DNA of 64,000 nt from Methanotrichaceae archaeon (GTDB taxonomy: Archaea; Halobacteriota; Methanosarcinia; Methanotrichales; Methanotrichaceae). The stretch is from assembly GCA_963803145.1 (NCBI GenBank), contig CAWDLW010000015.1, forward strand, positions 128,001-192,000. The letters are read 5' to 3'. Positions 57,737 to 64,000 of this stretch are shown here, piece after piece (within the stretch, counting starts at the first letter, position 1; the number at the start of each line of letters is the position of its first letter). Below the pieces are notes generated by a model that saw nothing but the letters and a program-made list of their open reading frames with translations, did not search any database and was not told the origin of the DNA. Both the position numbers and the translations under genes were made by a program.

Positions 57737-60412
57737 CTAAAAATCAAACAGCGACTTCTGCTTCTGCGGCTTTGCCTCTGCAGCCTCGCCGAATCCCATG
57801 AGGCTGCTCTGCTTCACATCCTGGCAGAGCTTTGTTCTATTTATGCCGAAGGTCTCGAATATGCGGAGTACCGGCGGCAAAAGCTGCTTCTCGATGTAGT
57901 ATTCCGTGTCTATGGGAATGTTATTCTCAAGAACGTAACTAGGATCCTCTGCCCTGTCCACAAATAATCCCTTTTTGCGGCTGTTTCCTCTGATGATCAC
58001 AAAGGGCACACGATCGCCAACGCCCGGAACCTGGCCACCTCTCTTCTTGATCTTTTCCACAAGCTGAACATGCGGCTGCTTATTCTTGTATGAGGCCGTG
58101 CCCTTGGTGTACTTCCTGGTCAACGTCAGGTCATCGATAATTCCAGGGTCCTTCTGAAGATCGAGGTTTCTCAGCCTATCAAGTACAGAGATGATATGAT
58201 CCTTCGCCTCCTCAACCTTTCCTTCCTTTAGGACAAGCTCAAGGCAGATCTTCAAAGTCTTGGATGTAAGCTCACACCAGTCTCTCCGTACCGTCTCCAT
58301 GCCACGCACTTTGATTCGGTCCTTCCATCCATCGCCTACGGGCTCAAAGACCCAGAGCGCATACCTCTTCTTCGTCAGGAATATCGCCCTTCTGGCAAAT
58401 GCCTCGAACACAAGCTCCATAGGCTCTGGGAGACTGGCAGTCACCGTCTCGGCGATCTTTTTGCCGATTAGCTCAGCATCCTGCAGAGACACCGCTTCCT
58501 CAGAGGACTTTAGCCTGACAAATACGCTATCTGTATCACCGTAAACTACGGAGAGGTCGAAGCGTCTTGCACCGGATTTTCCAAAATCAAGCTCCTTCTC
58601 AAAGACGACAGTGCCGTCGACTACATAGACTGACCCTATATCATCTATGAGCTGTTTTGTCTTCAGTATGTTATCCCTACCAAAGCTTGTGACTGCATTT
58701 GCGACCGCCAGGCTGTAGAGCCTTGCACGAGCGTAACCCGAGTAGCCATAAAAGCTGTTAAGGAGAATCTTCATAGCATACTGCTTCGCGTCCAGAAAAC
58801 GCCTCTCATCTTCGCTAGCTTTTTTCATGAGCTTCTTTGTGTTCGTTCTCTGATCCAATAGCTCATGGAGCACTCTCGGCATTATACCCGGAAAGACCTC
58901 CGGAGGTACAAACCTGCCGCCTGATGGCGAAGTTATTATACGTCCGGCCGGGATATTCTTTAATTGATCCATATGGCCAATATGATCCTCTGTACTCTTT
59001 CCTGTGATCACAGTAGAGTAGCAGAGGTTATGGGCCATCATAATTGTAGGATACAGCGATTTGTAATCGAGTATGACGACATCTTCTAGCAAGCCCTTTT
59101 CGGGATCGAGCACTGCCCCGCCCTTCAGCTCGTCGTTCTCAATATACCGCTCATCAGAGACCTCAGCATCAGGTTTAGGAGGCACCACCCTGTTTTGCTC
59201 TCTGAACCTTCTTAATAGAAGGCTTTCAACCATCCCGCTCTGGCCGCCGTTCACTATATCCTGCAGGAGAGAGCCGCTTGCACGCGAAAGAGCAATGTAC
59301 TTATCCATCAGCCGCAGCTCTAAAAGAAGCTTCTGGGCGAGGACTGCATCCCTTCGAGAGTAGCTTATGAACCGACGCAGGCCCTCGCCGCCCTCGGCCC
59401 AGAGAGACTCGATCTCCTTCGGATCGACATCATACTTCTCCATCTTGAGAAGCTCTGCTGAAGCGTTCCTCAGAGTGTACTGCTTGAGGCTGAAGGATGA
59501 TCTGATTATCGGCAGGAGATCTACGACCACACGGCCTGTAATTGATACATTGGTTGAGTTGACAATCTTTCTGATATACCATGAGCTGCCCTCTCTGCCA
59601 ACCCGGACGTTGATGTTCAGATTCTTCGCTCTTTCTTCTAAGTAAGGGAAATCGAACTCGTTTGAGTTGTAGCCGGCGAGGATGTCAGGGTCGTAATCTT
59701 TTATGATCGATATAAAGCGGGATAGAAGATCATGCTCGTCATCGCAGGATTCGATATCCTGCCTCTGACAATCTATCCTTTTGCCAACGAGCACAAGATC
59801 TTTCAGGCCATTGTACTCGGGCTCAAATGCCATGCTGATCAGAATGACGGGAGATATATCGGCCTTCGGCATCTCACCCTTGTTCGGCAGACATTCTATA
59901 TCGAAGGACATGTGCCTCAGGGGAGCATTTGCATCGTGCTGCACAGGCGATAATGAATCGAAGTTTACGATGGGCGCCTCATCCTTAACCCACTCTGGCA
60001 GTTTGGCATCGACCCAAGCCATGCCCCCGAGGCCGGAGTCTATCAAAAATCTGTTCCTGAAAAGTATATCGGTCTCATAGACGGCCTTCACCCCCGGAAC
60101 CTCTCGAACGCGTTCCCTGAGAGATCTGACCTCTTTAGGATCTTTGGTTGTGATCTTCAGCATCCTTTTTGGAGAGGTCTGATAGCCTATGGGCTCAAAG
60201 CGCTCGATTGCCTCGACCTCAAGTCCCATCTCACGCAGATCCTCGGCGGCCTGATCTATGCAGCCGTCTTCAACGCCAGCGTAAAAGTAAGGCCTGAAGC
60301 CAGCTACCCTGCAGGTTACGCTTCTGCCTTCATCGGTTTCGCCGAAGAGCTGAACTAACGGCCTCCTTTCAGAATCATAAGTATAGTTGGCATCGAGGAT
60401 CTGGAAGAGCAT
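57737..60412 (-). CDS. polB: Family B DNA polymerase
   Basis: SFDIEC, YNSNEFDFPY, DYKSLYPTIM, KILLNSFYGY, YGDTDS, KKRYA; C-terminal PIP box QKSLFDF. Confidence 0.97.
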   Translation of the reverse strand: MLFQILDANYTYDSERRPLVQLFGETDEGRSVTCRVAGFRPYFYAGVEDGCIDQAAEDLREMGLEVEAIERFEPIGYQTSPKRMLKITTKDPKEVRSLRERVREVPGVKAVYETDILFRNRFLIDSGLGGMAWVDAKLPEWVKDEAPIVNFDSLSPVQHDANAPLRHMSFDIECLPNKGEMPKADISPVILISMAFEPEYNGLKDLVLVGKRIDCQRQDIESCDDEHDLLSRFISIIKDYDPDILAGYNSNEFDFPYLEERAKNLNINVRVGREGSSWYIRKIVNSTNVSITGRVVVDLLPIIRSSFSLKQYTLRNASAELLKMEKYDVDPKEIESLWAEGGEGLRRFISYSRRDAVLAQKLLLELRLMDKYIALSRASGSLLQDIVNGGQSGMVESLLLRRFREQNRVVPPKPDAEVSDERYIENDELKGGAVLDPEKGLLEDVVILDYKSLYPTIMMAHNLCYSTVITGKSTEDHIGHMDQLKNIPAGRIITSPSGGRFVPPEVFPGIMPRVLHELLDQRTNTKKLMKKASEDERRFLDAKQYAMKILLNSFYGYSGYARARLYSLAVANAVTSFGRDNILKTKQLIDDIGSVYVVDGTVVFEKELDFGKSGARRFDLSVVYGDTDSVFVRLKSSEEAVSLQDAELIGKKIAETVTASLPEPMELVFEAFARRAIFLTKKRYALWVFEPVGDGWKDRIKVRGMETVRRDWCELTSKTLKICLELVLKEGKVEEAKDHIISVLDRLRNLDLQKDPGIIDDLTLTRKYTKGTASYKNKQPHVQLVEKIKKRGGQVPGVGDRVPFVIIRGNSRKKGLFVDRAEDPSYVLENNIPIDTEYYIEKQLLPPVLRIFETFGINRTKLCQDVKQSSLMGFGEAAEAKPQKQKSLFDF

Positions 60413-60878
60413 CGGTTTATAAATACAAATTTTTACTTAAATAACTATCCTACAAGCCCTCATGGATATGGTATGACTCAAATGATCAGGAAGATTCAAA
60501 AAAGAATGGATAGGCCCCAAAGCTTTCTCATCCCCCGAGGAGGTGAGATTATCTCTTATATTCCAGCTCCTTGGAGGAAATCCCTAATTTTCCTTTAGGT
60601 ACAGATTTCTATCCTATTTCTTCGGGCTGAACTTTATGGCTCGATCATACACGATTTCTGAGTAGAATGGACCGGTCTTTGTGGAGTTCTCCATGTAGAT
60701 TCTAAAGGTAATTACAATTGGTTGATTCAGCTTTATGCCGTGGGCGTTGGGGTTCCTTGCATTGACAAATGCTTCATTTGCTTTATGATGCGACCAAAAG
60801 ATAAGCAGAGGGCACCATAACCTGTGGGATGCCCTCCTATTAAGAATATATCCGGATTTGCTGTATTACTCCTAGATG

Positions 60879-62333
60879 CTAACTAACTCTCTTGACAGGC
60901 GGCGGCGACCAGGTGCCATCCGGGGCCTCTCTTCTCGGCGAATAAAGGCGCATGTAGATGCTCATGGGCTCTCTGGGCGCTGGCAGCCAGTTGGACATTT
61001 TATCCAAGCTGGGGGTACTGTTCTGAATATAGATATCCAGTGAGCCATCTTTATTGTAGGTGAGATTGCTGCGATCTCCTATTGCATAGCGGTTCAGGCT
61101 GTTGGCCACTGGGAAACCCTCGGCATCATACATGGTGACCGACCAGAAGGCATCTGCAGGCGGCATCTCGCTCTTGTTGAAGTGGAGCACGTAGGTACGA
61201 TTCCCATCTGGTGGGTGGCCATCGGCATCAACCTGGAGGATCGGATAGATGTTATCCTCGGGAAGGGTGGCAACAAAGCCTACCATGGTAGTCATGGCTC
61301 GCTTGAGATAGTAGTTGCCATACACGCCTACTGTATTGGTATTAATTAACCAGCCATTTACGAGCTTTCCCATAGTCGGGATCTTTACCTTCATCTCGAA
61401 TAAACCATCTTTTGTAGCATTTTGGAGAGCCAGCTTGACCGCCGGATCAAGGCTATTGAAGTCGAAGCTCTTGCCTGGCTCAATTCCAATCCTCTTCATC
61501 ATGGCGATAATGGGCTGATCAGTGATATGTGGAGGGTTGGCCTTCATGAGCTCTGCTGCATAGGAGAAGTAGATCGATGCATTCATGGAGTTCACCTGGC
61601 GCAGGGGTGGCGTGGTCATATCCACAGTGGGATCGATGGTTGCATTCACAGGTATCGGCTCCTTGCCCCACTGAGATAGGGGTGTGATCTTGTAGCCATC
61701 TTGTACCTCATGGGCAGCATCCAGATCATTCGGGCCGCTGACATAAGTCCGACCGAGAACGAGCACTAGCGGCGTGGGGGCGTCGATACGCGTTACTCCT
61801 TCTGGCAGGGTGCCGTTCCAGCTCTTCCAGACTAGAGCGAAGTTGCCTGCAATAGTTCCCGTAGTGCGCTTGCCGGGCGCTGCGAAGCAGTCGGTCCACA
61901 TATCAAACATCTGCAGGAAATAGTACCTTCCTCCGGTATCAGGCACTGAAACTATCAGGGGCTCTTTCGTCAGGTTCAGCCAGGCACTAGAGTATAATGT
62001 ATCGAAGTTGAGCCTGGTTGCATCCTTATAACCCGCTGATGGGAAGTTGCGAAAATGGGTGAATGTATTCATTGGACCGCGTCCCTCCACCTCACCGGCC
62101 TCGACATTGGTCATCTGCCGCCGGCTGACATCCATAGTCACCAGGGGATAGAGGTAGATGTAGGCATCCAGGCCTATATCATAAGCCTCCTGGTATGCAG
62201 ATGTGTTATCTTTTGTTTCATTTGTGATAATATCATTGCCTTTATCTTGCTGGGCAAGACATAGACCGCTCAACAGCAGGCAAAGCAAAGCCGCCACGGT
62301 CAAAAGCGGCTTCAGAATAGTCCGATGTTCCAT
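60879..62333 (-). CDS. Secreted DUF1254/DUF1214-domain protein
   Basis: AYIYLYPLV, NFDTLYSSAWLNL, PPADAFWSVTMYD, NWLPAP, MRLYSP; signal peptide follows ATG 62333. Confidence 0.88.
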   Translation of the reverse strand: MEHRTILKPLLTVAALLCLLLSGLCLAQQDKGNDIITNETKDNTSAYQEAYDIGLDAYIYLYPLVTMDVSRRQMTNVEAGEVEGRGPMNTFTHFRNFPSAGYKDATRLNFDTLYSSAWLNLTKEPLIVSVPDTGGRYYFLQMFDMWTDCFAAPGKRTTGTIAGNFALVWKSWNGTLPEGVTRIDAPTPLVLVLGRTYVSGPNDLDAAHEVQDGYKITPLSQWGKEPIPVNATIDPTVDMTTPPLRQVNSMNASIYFSYAAELMKANPPHITDQPIIAMMKRIGIEPGKSFDFNSLDPAVKLALQNATKDGLFEMKVKIPTMGKLVNGWLINTNTVGVYGNYYLKRAMTTMVGFVATLPEDNIYPILQVDADGHPPDGNRTYVLHFNKSEMPPADAFWSVTMYDAEGFPVANSLNRYAIGDRSNLTYNKDGSLDIYIQNSTPSLDKMSNWLPAPREPMSIYMRLYSPRREAPDGTWSPPPVKRVS

Positions 62334-62528
62334 ATCCATCACCTGATAGAGATTATCTCGTTTTATAACATCCAAAAAGCTGAGTATAGTCAGCCATTGG
62401 GCTATCTCCAATTGAGCGATCATGATTATTCGTTTATTTAACTTTAGGGTATCAGCCTGGAATACAGACGTCAAAACATCAAGAAGGTTGGTATCCCGGC
62501 CTGCCTGGCCGGGCATAAATCCAACGTT

Positions 62529-64000
62529 TCATTCTCGGTTTTCGATAATGAAATTTAGCTCATTTCCAGGTTCAGCATAATCTGTCTCATTGGTATATTT
62601 GAGACCCGGCGCTTTCTGCAGCTCTGCGTACTGATAGATCCTGGGTCCATACTGATACCCTGTCTCATTGAGCCACCAGTTCGGATATCCTCCACGAATA
62701 GTCGTATTGTTCTTGAAATCGTTGATGAATCCATTGCTGTATTTTGCAATCAAGATATCCGCGAGCTTCCACCAGTCATTGAATACGGAAATGGCATTAG
62801 TTGTACTGTAATTGGTCAGGAACACGCTGCATTCCCTGCTGCCATTTGAATCTAGGACCCTTTTTGCCTGATTTTCTATATCTGTCTGGCGAGAAAGCTC
62901 TTTTCCCTCGATCTGCGATTGCTCGGACTGGATATCCTTGATCATATAGCTATATCGTAAAGTCGACCAGTCTGTAACAAAGTTAAATGCCCAAAAGGCA
63001 AAATTCCTGTCAAAGACTGTCCGATTGCCGCAATAAAACTGTTTTGGAACAGAGTTAACTCCGGCATAGATCGGTACGTAACATGTTTCATATGGCTGAG
63101 CAAATCCGAACCAGCAAACTCCGCCGATGGGATTTGGAAGCCAGCTTCGTCCTTCCGTTACGTAGCTGTAACCGCAGAAGAAGGGAGACACTGGGCGAGG
63201 CCAAGCCCCCGGTTTAATTTCACCGGGTTCAAAGGCTTTGTGCTGATCAAACGGGCCATCATTGCGGTAAGGATTGCCGTAGGGTCCTGCTGCCACGCCT
63301 TTTGTTAGATCGTAGACTGTGCCCTCATAATGATCGCGGAAGAGGTGAAGCACATCATTTGCCGTAAGCTTTCTGTCAGGCTTTATCGAGAAAGGATACT
63401 CGCGCGACCAAGTATCATTAACGTATGGGCTGAGCATTCGAGAGGGAGATATCCTATTGTAAATACTCCAAACTCTTGCCAGTGAATAATATGGATGCGA
63501 ATATTCTCCTGTGGAGACGGTCTTCAGCCAATCAAGAGTTCCGTTTTCCGGCCGCCACCATCCTCTTTCTTTGGCAACATCGAAAAGGTTCTTTGAATAA
63601 AGCACGTTTGGATCATCAGGCTTTACATCACGAATTCGGAACGTGTTCGCTCCGACAAATACATCGCCGTCTGGAACTCTCTTCGCAACCCACAGCCCAC
63701 TGCGATTATCCAAAGTACCGCCACACATCTCCATCACCCAGGCCTCCTTGGGATCGGCAAAGAGCAGAGTTTCGCCTGTGCCGTAGTAACCGTAGGTATC
63801 GATCAAGCTGCCTACCAGCTCGACTGCCTGTCTGGCATTGGTGCATCGCTCCATGGCTATATTCGAGAGCTCCGCGCTGTAAAAAATGCGCTTATCTTTG
63901 TCCCAGTTCGGCTGCACCTTGGTATAATCTGTGCACTCGCCACTCATCAGCTGATGGTCATTAATGATGCCGTAAGTTCCAGTCAGATAGCCATAGGTAT
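62529..64000 (-). CDS. Peptidase C69 family dipeptidase (5' end beyond the window)
   Basis: Frame open to the window edge (TYGYLTGTYGIINDHQLMSGECT); AMERCTNARQAV, YGYYGTGE, ADPKEAW, RDHYEGT. Confidence 0.88.
   Translation of the reverse strand, partial: TYGYLTGTYGIINDHQLMSGECTDYTKVQPNWDKDKRIFYSAELSNIAMERCTNARQAVELVGSLIDTYGYYGTGETLLFADPKEAWVMEMCGGTLDNRSGLWVAKRVPDGDVFVGANTFRIRDVKPDDPNVLYSKNLFDVAKERGWWRPENGTLDWLKTVSTGEYSHPYYSLARVWSIYNRISPSRMLSPYVNDTWSREYPFSIKPDRKLTANDVLHLFRDHYEGTVYDLTKGVAAGPYGNPYRNDGPFDQHKAFEPGEIKPGAWPRPVSPFFCGYSYVTEGRSWLPNPIGGVCWFGFAQPYETCYVPIYAGVNSVPKQFYCGNRTVFDRNFAFWAFNFVTDWSTLRYSYMIKDIQSEQSQIEGKELSRQTDIENQAKRVLDSNGSRECSVFLTNYSTTNAISVFNDWWKLADILIAKYSNGFINDFKNNTTIRGGYPNWWLNETGYQYGPRIYQYAELQKAPGLKYTNETDYAEPGNELNFIIENRE

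Noticed and set aside
57737-60412. Intein in PolB
   Set aside because: Normal length; motifs A, B and C are contiguous; no intein termini or LAGLIDADG motif; the short insert before YGDTDS is only about 25 aa
62334-62516. N-terminal 61 aa of the DUF1254 ORF in the track
   Set aside because: The AGGTG SD and signal peptide point to ATG 62333

Overview
Archaeal chromosomal DNA, most consistent with a Methanotrichaceae (Methanothrix-like) methanogen. This is inferred from gene content and order (purF-rpl37e-Lsm, rps8e, archaeal Elp3, AglB, PolB, TPR surface proteins) and was not checked by any search. Roughly 1-18.4 kb, 23-26 kb and 48-53 kb are housekeeping. Accessory blocks: (i) 18.4-22.9 kb, with a PLD-family protein, a papain-family protease and an HExxGH protein; (ii) 26.4-48.3 kb, a large cell-envelope cluster with repeat-domain secreted proteins, an IS5-disrupted transglutaminase-like gene, three paralogs of an unrecognised secreted family, a LolD/MacB-type ABC system, aglB, a GH16 chimera, a RelE-type TA pair and a membrane-anchored wHTH regulator; (iii) 53.2-57.7 kb, TPR surface-protein genes lying between repeated, diverged copies of the polB 3' end. 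Strongest signals: two promoters 7.5 kb apart share an operator architecture with identical spacing (a candidate undescribed envelope regulon), and there are three copies of the polB 3' end, the shortest overlapping the marC stop codon, pointing to serial insertion behind polB. The ORF track mislabels the strand of 8301..9527 (it is on the minus strand) and omits rpl37e and a small antitoxin. No tRNA, rRNA or CRISPR array was recognised.
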